IMG/VR virus record: IMGVR_UViG_3300037108_000012
Location: 1 to 64,000 of that record
Direction: 5' to 3' (one strand)
From: a virus
DNA length: 64,000 bases
How positions within the stretch are numbered: position 1 is the stretch's first letter; every line of letters begins with the position of its first letter. Made by a program: the position numbers and the translations under genes. Shown here piece by piece: positions 9,564 through 18,756 of the stretch. The notes beneath the pieces are model-generated. The model was given only the letters and a program-made list of their open reading frames with translations, was not told the DNA's origin and ran no database searches.

Positions 9564-10133
9564 TTATTCGAGTGATTCTTTGATTGACTCCAGTATTGAC
9601 TTTGGCAGGTCCATCAATTCTTCATCGTCCAAGCCGTTCCACCATGAGAGCCGCTGTGAATCGTCCAAGCCGTTCCACACTGAGAGCCGCTGTGAATCGT
9701 CCAAGCCGTTCCACACTGAGAGCCGCTGTGAATAGGTCAAGCCGTTCCACCATGAGAGCCGCTGTGAATCGTCCAAGCCGTTCCACACTGAGAGCCGCTG
9801 TGAATAGGTCAAGCCGTTCCACCATGAGAGCCGCTGTGAATCGTCCAAGCCGTTCCACCATGAGAGCCGCTGTGAATAGGTCAAGCCGTTCCACCATGAG
9901 AGCCGCTGTGAATCGTCCAAGCCGTTCCACCATGAGAGCCGCTGTGAATCGTCCAAGCCGTTCCACCATGAGAGCCGCTGTGAATCGTCCAAGCCGTTCC
10001 ACACTGAGAGCCGCTGTGAATAGGTCAAGCCGTTCCACACTGAGAGCCGCTGTGAATAGGTAAAGCCGTTCCACTTGCTTACTCGCTCGGCTAAGAGTGT
10101 TTTGATCTGTGCTACCAGTTCGCTTTTATTCAT
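9564..10133 (-). CDS. Trp-rich 12-aa tandem repeat protein ([V/W]WNGL[DD/TY]SQRLS)
   Basis: 12 full plus 1 partial 36-bp units between unique N- and C-caps; AGGAGG RBS. Confidence 0.85.
   Translation of the reverse strand: MNKSELVAQIKTLLAERVSKWNGFTYSQRLSVWNGLTYSQRLSVWNGLDDSQRLSWWNGLDDSQRLSWWNGLDDSQRLSWWNGLTYSQRLSWWNGLDDSQRLSWWNGLTYSQRLSVWNGLDDSQRLSWWNGLTYSQRLSVWNGLDDSQRLSVWNGLDDSQRLSWWNGLDDEELMDLPKSILESIKESLE
9625..10075. repeat. 36-bp coding tandem repeat
   Basis: caagccgttccac(cat/act)gagagccgctgtgaat(cgtc/aggt), contiguous, no spacers. Confidence 0.95.
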
Positions 10134-10183
10134 TGCTCGCGCCTCCTATGCGCGTAGGAATCAATTTGGTTTTCTATCAAAGG

Positions 10184-10351
10184 TTAGGCCGCTGCCGTTC
10201 TGCAAGGTTCGCAATAGTTCAGCATTCCCGGCCTATTTTCGGTTTCCTTGCCGCATCCAATACATATAACGGTAGGATGATCCTTCAGCGATTGCTTAAC
10301 GTAATCGTCCCATAACTGGAGTGGTTTAGTTGGTGGACGTGGAATTTTCAT
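10184..10351 (-). CDS. Small Zn-finger protein (55 aa)
   Basis: Manual translation MKIPRPPTKP...CIGCG...CEPCRTAAA. Confidence 0.55.
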   Translation of the reverse strand: MKIPRPPTKPLQLWDDYVKQSLKDHPTVICIGCGKETENRPGMLNYCEPCRTAAA

Positions 10352-10482
10352 TGCTTACGCTCTCCCATAGCGTTAGTAGATGATGCTTGCGTTATGCTTG
10401 CGTGATAGCCTTAGAACGAACTGGAAGGCCACTAGGAACGATTAACAGTGACGGGCAAGGGATTACCCTGCCCGCGTAGGAA

Positions 10483-11631
10483 TCAGCGATTCAAATAAAC
10501 CGTTTCGCCAAAGGGGGCGGTATTCTGTTCATCGGTTGAAAGCCATATTACCGGCACATTGCAATTCTCAGGGAACGGACCTTCAAGGTCAGTAATCATA
10601 ACGGCGCAGACCGCTGTACCTTCGTCTTCAATCGCCTTCAGTACCGGCCTAAAATCAGTTCCACCGAAGCCGGTAGGCTTCCACGTCAAAGTATCGCCTT
10701 TATCAAAGCGGTCAACACTGGACACTTCGGAATCAAAGTAATAGACGTTTACAGCAAGTGGCGAAAGTTCATCTATGATACTTTCCAGTGTTCCACGGGC
10801 AAAAGATAAAGACTCTGCCGATACGCTGCCGCTTGTATCAATGCCTATTGCAATCTCTCCGAGTTCCCTTGACTCAAGAGCGGGCAGGTACAATCCTTGC
10901 GCGATATACCGGGAGTTCGGCCTGCTCCAAGAGTAATCGGAATTGCAGCGTTCTGAAAAGAAGCGGAGTAACAGGGAACGAACGTCGATCTTAGCCTTGA
11001 GTGAATCCTTGACCGTTCTTGCGAGTCCACCGGGCAATTTGCCGCACATCTTAGCAGCGTTCATGGCTTGACTAGCCTTCTGTTTCCATTCCTGCTCAGT
11101 GGGAGCGGGTTCACCGTCACTGTCGGGACCAGTGGGAGCGTCCCTTACTTCTCCGAGCGGGTCCGGCTTGCTTTGCCCTTGCGCTGGATTATTGCCCTGC
11201 CCTTGACCGTTCCCATTGCCGTTAGGTTGCGGCTTGTCATTCTGTTGAACGCGGGCATAATGCCATTCCGCCGATTTTCCCGAAACACTAGGAAACAATG
11301 ATCCAGCGGGCAAAGTAAAGCCGGAATCACGTAATTCTGAATTTATGGAATAATCACAGGCGATATTCCAATTTTTAGAATCGCGAGCTTCTCTCCGCCA
11401 TGGGTGACCCATTGCACAGTGAAACACTTCATGCGCGACTAACGCGGTAATCCTATCATGCGGTAAGGAATCAATAAAAGCTGGATTGTAGCCTAGGGAC
11501 CGCCCGTCAGTCCATGCGGTCTCACAGCTTGTATCCTCTTTGAACTTCAAGGATAAGGCAAGGGAACCAAAAAAAGGTTGGTCTAAAACTAACGAAACGC
11601 GGGCAGCGGTCATTTTGCTTTGAGCGGTCAT
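10483..11631 (-). CDS. DUF2201-type metallopeptidase + VWA domain protein
   Basis: AHEVFH (HExxH), IDTSGS MIDAS, GGTDF, ITD; likely start at Met45 of the listed ORF, downstream of the promoter and RBS. Confidence 0.9.
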   Translation of the reverse strand: MTAQSKMTAARVSLVLDQPFFGSLALSLKFKEDTSCETAWTDGRSLGYNPAFIDSLPHDRITALVAHEVFHCAMGHPWRREARDSKNWNIACDYSINSELRDSGFTLPAGSLFPSVSGKSAEWHYARVQQNDKPQPNGNGNGQGQGNNPAQGQSKPDPLGEVRDAPTGPDSDGEPAPTEQEWKQKASQAMNAAKMCGKLPGGLARTVKDSLKAKIDVRSLLLRFFSERCNSDYSWSRPNSRYIAQGLYLPALESRELGEIAIGIDTSGSVSAESLSFARGTLESIIDELSPLAVNVYYFDSEVSSVDRFDKGDTLTWKPTGFGGTDFRPVLKAIEDEGTAVCAVMITDLEGPFPENCNVPVIWLSTDEQNTAPFGETVYLNR

Positions 11632-11669
11632 AGAATCCTTCCCGTAATGCTTGCGTCCATGCTTGCTAA

Positions 11670-11699
11670 ACTGTATTCGATACGGCAAACGATTGTCAA
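11670..11699 (-). promoter_or_regulatory. Sigma70-type promoter
   Basis: TTGACA-18nt-TACAGT. Confidence 0.7.
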
Positions 11700-11737
11700 A
11701 TGTGCCCGCATAACGGAGCGGGCAGGCCGATAGGAAT

Positions 11738-12607
11738 TTAGAAGATATTCCCATACGTTGCATTCATTGAATCGAGGATTGACTGCGCTTGCTTTGCGGT
11801 ATCATGCCGTACATCGGCATTGTCGCGCAAGGTCTGAGGTTCCGTGGAAGCGAGGAGTTCCGTTTGACGGCGGAGCGCTTCAAGTTGTGGATCTTCGGTG
11901 ACGTTCAAACGTGTAAGCACATCACACAATTCCCGCGCATTCCCGATAAGCGTATCGCGGAAAATTGCATCAGGAGAAGAGCATTTTTCGACTATCGCGG
12001 AAACTACTTTCCGCAAGCGGTCTACTGCTCCATCTTTGCCAGTCATCGCAGCGGTGAATGCTTGCGATACGCGGGCTTCAGTGCGGGCTGCAATGGTATC
12101 AATCTCAGATTGTGCAAGGGTAACGCGGAAGTCAGTACCTTGCGGAACTGGAGCGTATTCCACGGTCCATTCGTAGCGGTCTCGGATATTTGTAGGATAA
12201 TCGGAGTCCTGAAACATTCCGTTTAGAACGCGCTGCGCCTCAAGCCGATAGGATGGATACTCTGAAATGAAGTCAGACAAGAGACTATCGGCAGTGTGAA
12301 AGCCTTGCCGAATGGTATCAGTGTATGCCTGATAATTTTTCACCGGGAGCATTCTCCAACCGTCATCGGACCATGGCAGAGTTTGCGCATAGTTGAGCAC
12401 GCGCAAGTTGGCAATGTGCGAGACCAGCGCTTTGTAAGCTGGCGCATCGCCAGGTAACAGGCATTTATTGTACCTGCCCGCATCGAGAGTGGTTCCGTGA
12501 GCGGTTGCGGTATCCTGAGACACTTTGCGGTCATACTTGCGGGCGGACCATGCGCTGATACGCAAGCTAACGAGCATTGCGCGTGTATGAAGATCATTCG
12601 TGGTCAT
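11738..12607 (-). CDS. DUF3150-like protein
   Basis: MLVSLRISAWSARKYD...TLPWSDDGWRMLP; typical position between ATPase and VWA genes. Confidence 0.65.
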   Translation of the reverse strand: MTTNDLHTRAMLVSLRISAWSARKYDRKVSQDTATAHGTTLDAGRYNKCLLPGDAPAYKALVSHIANLRVLNYAQTLPWSDDGWRMLPVKNYQAYTDTIRQGFHTADSLLSDFISEYPSYRLEAQRVLNGMFQDSDYPTNIRDRYEWTVEYAPVPQGTDFRVTLAQSEIDTIAARTEARVSQAFTAAMTGKDGAVDRLRKVVSAIVEKCSSPDAIFRDTLIGNARELCDVLTRLNVTEDPQLEALRRQTELLASTEPQTLRDNADVRHDTAKQAQSILDSMNATYGNIF

Positions 12608-12666
12608 TTTCGTATTCTCCTGATAATCGGTTATGGTACGTTTACAGCATGGCGGAAGGATAAAAA

Positions 12667-13701
12667 TTACTCTCTGCCGCTTATCAATTGCCCGATAGGA
12701 CCGCTATTCAAACGAACGAAAGAATCGGTGTACTGAATTTTTTCGTCACGGCGGATAGCGTCACGGATAAGCAAGACAGCGAATTCTCCATGCTGCGCTT
12801 CGGTGTAGAGGCGAGTGGCGTAGGTTGCGATACGGTTGAAGTTCATATCGTTTGCGCGGGCGGCGAGTCCTACCGATACAGCATACAATTCGCTAGGCTT
12901 GCTAGGAATTGCGGCAGTATCGGGAGCTAACAGAATCGCGTCAAGGTTGACAAGTGACCGATACATTGACCGAAAAGACAGGTACTCTAGCGCTGCGCCT
13001 TCTCCCACTGCGCCGGAAAATGCGGCAGACTCAATATCAGCGGGCAAGTTGAGCGCTTCGAGTTTGGCAACGTGCGACCACGTTCTTGGAACAGGCGAGT
13101 TTGTTAGGTCTGCCGTTGCTTGAAAGTTGCACAGAAGATCGGAGCGGAAGCGCAAAAATGCAATGAGCATAGGACTAACGCTATGAGCGTATGCCCATGT
13201 ACTCCAGTCATCGATATTGGCTTCAAGGTCAACGATACAGGCAAACCGGGATTTTACCGGCTCTAAAATCCCTGATACTCCAGCGCGGTCACTGCGCCGA
13301 TTCGTCGCGGCAACAAAGGTAATGCAATCCGGCAGAATGTGCCCGTTTACCCGTCGCGCAAGGATAAGTTGCATAAAGCTAGCTTGCACAGCAGGAGTTG
13401 CTTGACCTAGATCGTCAAGCAGCCAAACAGTAGGACGAACGGCATTTATTGCCGTTGCCAGTTCGCCAAACGGCAGGAAAGTGGCGGTGTTTCCATCGGC
13501 TTTCGGCCATGGGAGACCTTTAGCATCGGTAGGATCTGCTACGGCAGGATGTGAGATTAGAAGGTCTGCTCCCGCACTAGCAGCCGCTTGTGCGATAATG
13601 TCGGACTTTCCTACTCCCGGAGCACCTGTAATCAGTAAAGGCAAACGGGCAGGAATCATGGCTGCAAGTAACGCGGTCAATTGTTTTGGCGATACGCTCA
13701 T
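12667..13701 (-). CDS. MoxR-like AAA+ ATPase
   Basis: Walker A GAPGVGKS, Walker B WLLDD, AATN sensor, PRTW. Confidence 0.9.
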   Translation of the reverse strand: MSVSPKQLTALLAAMIPARLPLLITGAPGVGKSDIIAQAAASAGADLLISHPAVADPTDAKGLPWPKADGNTATFLPFGELATAINAVRPTVWLLDDLGQATPAVQASFMQLILARRVNGHILPDCITFVAATNRRSDRAGVSGILEPVKSRFACIVDLEANIDDWSTWAYAHSVSPMLIAFLRFRSDLLCNFQATADLTNSPVPRTWSHVAKLEALNLPADIESAAFSGAVGEGAALEYLSFRSMYRSLVNLDAILLAPDTAAIPSKPSELYAVSVGLAARANDMNFNRIATYATRLYTEAQHGEFAVLLIRDAIRRDEKIQYTDSFVRLNSGPIGQLISGRE

Positions 13702-13758
13702 AAAATCACCTCGAAATGAATTACCGATATGCGCTTCGGCGGACGGTTAAACAAAGGT

Positions 13759-13941
13759 CTAGTGAATTTCAGCATCAGGCGCAAAGCGCTCGCCAGCGTG
13801 AATGCGTCCAAAACAATGGCAAGATACCTTTGTTTGATCGTGACCGCAAGACTCATACAAGCCATTCACGACCCAAGCCTGATGCGTGTAATCAAAGCCG
13901 TTCACGTTCAAAGGGTACTGGTTTGGATTCTCAAGTTTCAT
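13759..13941 (-). CDS. Small hypothetical protein, first gene of left arm
   Basis: 60-aa ORF, AGGAG RBS. Confidence 0.55.
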   Translation of the reverse strand: MKLENPNQYPLNVNGFDYTHQAWVVNGLYESCGHDQTKVSCHCFGRIHAGERFAPDAEIH

Positions 13942-13959
13942 CGGTTAATCTCCTGTACA

Positions 13960-14960
13960 ACACTCTATACTTAGCAAGCAACGTGCCAAACTCTATAAAC
14001 GTGTATATAGTTGATTTTAATGAGAGACGATTAAAAGCAGAGTGGTATTTATTTACCACTTCCCCAAGAAAAGAGAAAACATTTACCACTATTTAGGGAA
14101 GCATTTATTTATGTTGCGTAGAATCAACATCTTAGATTTTATAGGCGCGATAGGAATAAAGGGACACTGCCCGCGTGCATCTATATATAGGATAGCGGGA
14201 GCGGAACCCATAGGCCGATAGGAATTAAATACTACTTATCTGGTAGACACTATAAAGGGTAGACTATGGACGCGGTAGCGGCAGGGACCGCGCAGCGGTC
14301 TCGCACTCAGTCGCAAATAATCTTTATTCGAGCAGCCTGTATTTGTTCCATCGGACGCCGATTATTATTTCATCGCGCCGATTATTATTTGTTCCGCTCA
14401 ACTTTAATTAAATTACGTTTGTACACACTTAAACGCGGTATTTATTACAGGAGGAGTAACGCCTTTATTGCCACCAACGATCTTCGATTAAGCGCTATCA
14501 AGAAACAGGCGCAAGAAAACGCGGTCAAGGCGCATCGGCGAGCGCTGTGAGCCGGTACAGGCGCATCTATCGGCGCGGGAGCGCTCAACAGGCCGGTAAA
14601 GGCCATAAACAGGCTATTTAGGCGCATATTTAGGGATTATGGGTGCAATGGGATCGATACAGGGAGCGGAGCGGTAGAGCCGATTCTACCAAAAGAGGAT
14701 AAAAGTTACCTTTTGAGTACCATAATGGCAGTATTGTTACTATAATTGTCTTTATTGTGGCGTAAGAATTGCTAGTCGAGTTGTCCACCACCACGCCGAC
14801 CATCGAAGGCTACGACGCCTCAAGTCGTTGTAAGTAAACAACTTAGAAATCAAGAAGCGCAGAAAAATAATATAAAATTTATTGAGAATAGTGGCGCAGA
14901 AAAATAAAAAGAAAATAGTTGTAATAAGAATACAAGTGTGATAATATAACAACAAGTGAG
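13960..14960. other. ~1 kb divergent non-coding region (control region, origin or terminus candidate)
   Basis: Coding strand switches here; AT-rich tracts; IHF-consensus AATCAAcatcTTA at ~14122; no credible ORFs. Confidence 0.6.
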
Positions 14961-14968
14961 GTAAGAGT

Positions 14969-15121
14969 ATGAATTTGAAAGATTTGTTAGTAAAGTGTGG
15001 GCGGTGTGGTCATGAATGGCAAAAACGGATAGAGAAACCCGTTCACTGTCCGAAGTGTAAATCTCCGTATTGGAACAAGCCGAGGGTACGTGAAAAGAAA
15101 GTGGTGAGTGATGGGCGGTAG
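14969..15121 (+). CDS. Small Zn-finger protein (50 aa)
   Basis: Manual translation MNLKDLLVKCGRCGHEW...CPKCKSPYWNKPR; GAGG RBS. Confidence 0.75.
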   Translation: MNLKDLLVKCGRCGHEWQKRIEKPVHCPKCKSPYWNKPRVREKKVVSDGR

Positions 15122-15467
15122 AGATAAATTTGAATCAGTGTTTAGGATAGTTCGCAAACAGGTATTGGAGCGCGATGGAAACCGCTGCGTGAAGTGTGGT
15201 TTGGCGCTCGAACTTGAGGTTCATCATATTGACGGCTATACGCATAATGAAATGGGAGATTTGGTTACGCTTTGCTATCTTTGCCACGGAATAGCGCCGA
15301 TGGGCAAAGAGTTGTTCGATCAGTGGATGTTGATAGGAGAAGATGGAGTAGATGTGATTCGCAGACGGCTGGCGAAAAACGGGTTAAAAGGGATGAAGCG
15401 GGAACAGGTTATTATTTTCTGTTCTACGCTAGTTGAACTCAATTTTTATACGAAAAGGCGCAATTGA
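15108..15467 (+). CDS. HNH endonuclease
   Basis: RDGNRCVKCG...LEVHHID...NEMGDLVTLCYLCH. Confidence 0.85.
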   Translation: MMGGRDKFESVFRIVRKQVLERDGNRCVKCGLALELEVHHIDGYTHNEMGDLVTLCYLCHGIAPMGKELFDQWMLIGEDGVDVIRRRLAKNGLKGMKREQVIIFCSTLVELNFYTKRRN

Positions 15468-15841
15468 AAATGGCAAGGGATCGTATAAAGGCTAATACGG
15501 GACGCTGTGAGGGGATAAAACCGTATGGCTCCAAGGAAGGCGAAGAATATGTTTTAGAGAAAATAAAGGAACTGTATTTAGATGGAAAAAACTCAAAACA
15601 AATTGCACAACAGATCAACGCTGAAAAAATTTTGTCTAGGTATGGAAAGGAATGGATAGCACAATCTATAACGAAGATTTTGGTGCGCGAAGGATTTATA
15701 AAACAAAAAAGGCAAGCTAGAAAGATTCGTTTACCTTTTCCGCAAGATTTACCGAGCCGTACCTATATCGAGACTGACAGGGGGAGGTGTGTGGGTTCCG
15801 GTAATGATGGGCGGCGTAGAGCAGCGCAAAATTCTTCTTGA
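15464..15841 (+). CDS. Stand-alone serine-recombinase 'Recombinase' DNA-binding domain
   Basis: GRCEGIKPYG...IAQQINAE...SRYGKEW; no catalytic Ser domain. Confidence 0.6.
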   Translation: MKMARDRIKANTGRCEGIKPYGSKEGEEYVLEKIKELYLDGKNSKQIAQQINAEKILSRYGKEWIAQSITKILVREGFIKQKRQARKIRLPFPQDLPSRTYIETDRGRCVGSGNDGRRRAAQNSS

Positions 15842-15894
15842 CAGTGAGCGCAGCACATGATACAAATGTAGCATAGAGATCAGGAGATGGATAT

Positions 15895-16098
15895 ATGGCG
15901 GTTTTGAGTTTGCGTGATGTTCCGGAAGAAATGATGCGGTCTTTGAGGGTGGATGCGGCGGCGTCAGGGAAGACGCTACGTGAGTTGTGCATGGAGCGTC
16001 TGGTGCCTGATGGGGGCAAGGCGTGGATTCCGGTGACGGTCAATGGAGAACCTATTGCAGAGACGGCAGCGCGTAAGGCGCGAGATATAGAAGTGTAA
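15895..16098 (+). CDS. Ribbon-helix-helix (Arc/FitA-like) regulator
   Basis: VLSLRDVPEEMMRSLRVDAAASGKTLRELCMERL; TTGACA at 15838 upstream. Confidence 0.75.
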   Translation: MAVLSLRDVPEEMMRSLRVDAAASGKTLRELCMERLVPDGGKAWIPVTVNGEPIAETAARKARDIEV

Positions 16099-16317
16099 GC
16101 GGTACGACTGGGAGGTATTAGGAATGACTGAAACTGGCGGAGTTGGGGTTCTGGAGATTGAGGAGCCTGTGGTGAGGCATAAGGCTCAGGCGTCGTCAGG
16201 TAGGGTTGGCGGGAGTGGTGGCGGTAAAGTGGTGGCGACGGGTGAGGAGACGGATGGGGTAGAGGTAACAGGCGAGTCAATGAGCGAGAAGCGTCCGCAT
16301 AGGAAATGGGGAGAGAA

Positions 16318-16695
16318 ATGAAAATAAGAATTACCGGACTAATTTTGATTGTGATGTGTGGTTGCCACTCTATTCAAACTGCGGCACCCATATTGGACGC
16401 AAAAAAAGATACTTCGTCAACTGACATTATCCTAAAACAGGTGCGATGGAAAGTTGATTACGCGGATAAGTCTAGTATGTTTACTGAGCGTACATATCAA
16501 TGTATCTCTGAGATGTATTCTCTTGCTTATACCCCTGTAGATAACGGACCAGTGTGTCGAGAGTCATGTAAACTGTTCGCAGAGGTTAATTCTTTTGTGG
16601 ACAGTGCTCCAATTTACATAGAGAATCCACAACGATACAGTCTTAAAGGAAAAGGTGGTATATGTGAAAAGAAGTATAGAAAATGGAAACAATAA
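16318..16695 (+). CDS. Putative lipoprotein
   Basis: MKIRITGLILIVMCG-C signal with lipobox-like site. Confidence 0.5.
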   Translation: MKIRITGLILIVMCGCHSIQTAAPILDAKKDTSSTDIILKQVRWKVDYADKSSMFTERTYQCISEMYSLAYTPVDNGPVCRESCKLFAEVNSFVDSAPIYIENPQRYSLKGKGGICEKKYRKWKQ

Positions 16696-17126
16696 AAGAT
16701 AGCGCCCATTGCCCACGATGCTTTCACCTTATTGGAGAACATCTGTATTGTAAGGATCACGGTGGCGACTTTGAAAACGAGAAGGTGAGCAAGTTGCCGA
16801 CCAGAAAAATTGATCCGTGCCCACCAGAAGCGGTATATGATTTTGACCACAGGTGGTGGGACTTTCTTGATTTTACTGGGAGTGTAAAGTGAAACGCTTT
16901 TTGTGCTGGCTCAGGTTCGGTCACGTATGGAAAGAACTAGGAGACATGGACGTGCGGGGCAGGAAGTGTACAATGTGGCAATGCACTCACTGTGCGCTGA
17001 CTGAATTGTTTGATGTGTTGACGGGAGAGAGACGATGATGGATAAGATGTTTTATGGTTTAGCTTATTCAGTTCTAGTGGTTTTAGGATTGATGGTTTTT
17101 GAGGCAATTTTGAAGGGGATGGATAA

Positions 17127-17474
17127 ATGACCGTATCCGATGAGCGTCTATACCAGTTGGCCTACGATCCGATGATGTGCAACATCTCAGAAGAGGTACA
17201 GGAGTGCTTGGCTGAATTAGTTGTGTATAGGAATGCCGGAAAACATGAATCGCTTAGGAAGACGAAAACACCAGAGTATAATCATGATACCGGAGAAGAA
17301 TTAGAAGAAGGATGCTATATGATGGTTAAATCAGAGGACGGTCTATGTGATCCGATTACCGGCTGTCCGGGATGCGCACAGGAAAGACGAAGACGTAATA
17401 AATCTCTACAGGATAACACAGTAGTTTGGAACAAAGGCTGTAAGGCAACAGAGAAAGGGTTGGTAAAGAAATGA
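17127..17474 (+). CDS. Hypothetical protein
   Basis: 115-aa ORF in operon orientation. Confidence 0.55.
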   Translation: MTVSDERLYQLAYDPMMCNISEEVQECLAELVVYRNAGKHESLRKTKTPEYNHDTGEELEEGCYMMVKSEDGLCDPITGCPGCAQERRRRNKSLQDNTVVWNKGCKATEKGLVKK

Positions 17475-17834
17475 AGAACATTGTTGCAGGAGTTCTTATT
17501 GTAGTTGTTTTATTGCAATATGGAATTCTAATATACAAAGGTTTCACGGATGGATGGCCTAAATGGGGGAGAAAATTAGGGAATGCCAAAGATAGTAAAC
17601 AGTAGGTTTCTTGAGCGAGTGGACGATGTTTTGGGGATGGTTGAGTACAGGAAGACTTTGATGGCGTTGAAGTTTCTGCGGTGGGAGTTGGAGGGAAAAC
17701 GATGAGCGACCGCGATTGGGTTAGACGACGTTTCCCCGAGGCAATTGAGTGCCATGCGTGGATTCAGTGGGATGGAGTTTACTACGCGATCATCGGAATA
17801 CCGGGGTTCAGGATAATTTCATACCTCGGTTTAG

Positions 17835-18485
17835 ATGAGACATGGAAGGCCGCGCGGGTTTTTATTGAAACCGGAGTTCAGTGGGCGTGCGGAAGGAAGG
17901 TTAGCGATGAGCGACAAGATTCCTTCGATTAGCCTGGAAGATTTTACGAGGAGGAAATACGGGATGAGCGACAAGATTGTTGTACCAGAAGGGATGCTGA
18001 TGGCGGCAAAAGACGCCACTGCAACGATGCGTCTGAATATTGAACAATACCTGTTTGACACTCAGACCAAAATGGCCCTAGAAGCGGCTCTGCGCTGGCT
18101 GTCGGAGCACCCGATTCTTCCAACGAAAGAGCAAATAGAACATTTTAATCAGATACCATCTACTCAATACACAACGGATATAATCGTCGAATGGCAAAGG
18201 ATAGAATTCCTAGCGCCGGATACGGAAGTATGTCCTATTGAGAAAGCTTTACTTGACAGCGGTGTAACGGTTAATAACGATTGGCTTTGCCCTGAATGCG
18301 AGGGAGTACATCGGGCGATAATCCCAAAGCCGGAAGATATTCAATCCGAAAGAGAAATTATAGACCAATGGCTTCGTAAACACCAGCCGAACGGGAGTCG
18401 TGTTTCACTTGTAGGAGATAAGATGGCTCAAGAATTATTGAATGAACTCGAAGCCTACCGGCGCGGCCAGGAGTTAGGTAAGTAA
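17835..18485 (+). CDS. Hypothetical protein
   Basis: True start probably internal (MSDKI..., a sequence that occurs twice). Confidence 0.55.
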   Translation: MRHGRPRGFLLKPEFSGRAEGRLAMSDKIPSISLEDFTRRKYGMSDKIVVPEGMLMAAKDATATMRLNIEQYLFDTQTKMALEAALRWLSEHPILPTKEQIEHFNQIPSTQYTTDIIVEWQRIEFLAPDTEVCPIEKALLDSGVTVNNDWLCPECEGVHRAIIPKPEDIQSEREIIDQWLRKHQPNGSRVSLVGDKMAQELLNELEAYRRGQELGK

Positions 18486-18756
18486 TGGACGACCGGTGCG
18501 GAGAGTACGCGGCAAGTTTCATCCCTCGTTGGGGAGCGTACTTTTCGTGTGTGTTACAAAAAGGACACGATGGGGAGCATAGGGCTGGTGGAGAGTGTGT
18601 GAAGCACGGAAAGTACGTGATGGAGCATACAGGGCAAGTACCGCAGTGCCCCAAGTGGCCTGATTGCGTGAAAATAGGCGCAGAAAAACCTTGACATTCT
18701 CCTGCGCTTATGAGAGAGTATGGAAGTGAAACCTTACTACGAAATAAGGAGAATAA

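Noticed and set aside
9625-10075. 36-bp repeats as a CRISPR array
   Set aside because: Units are contiguous with no unique spacers and lie in frame within a gene that has an RBS and unique caps
11632-11763. N-terminal 44 aa of the listed VWA ORF
   Set aside because: It overlaps the upstream gene and a consensus promoter; the ATG at 11631 has an RBS
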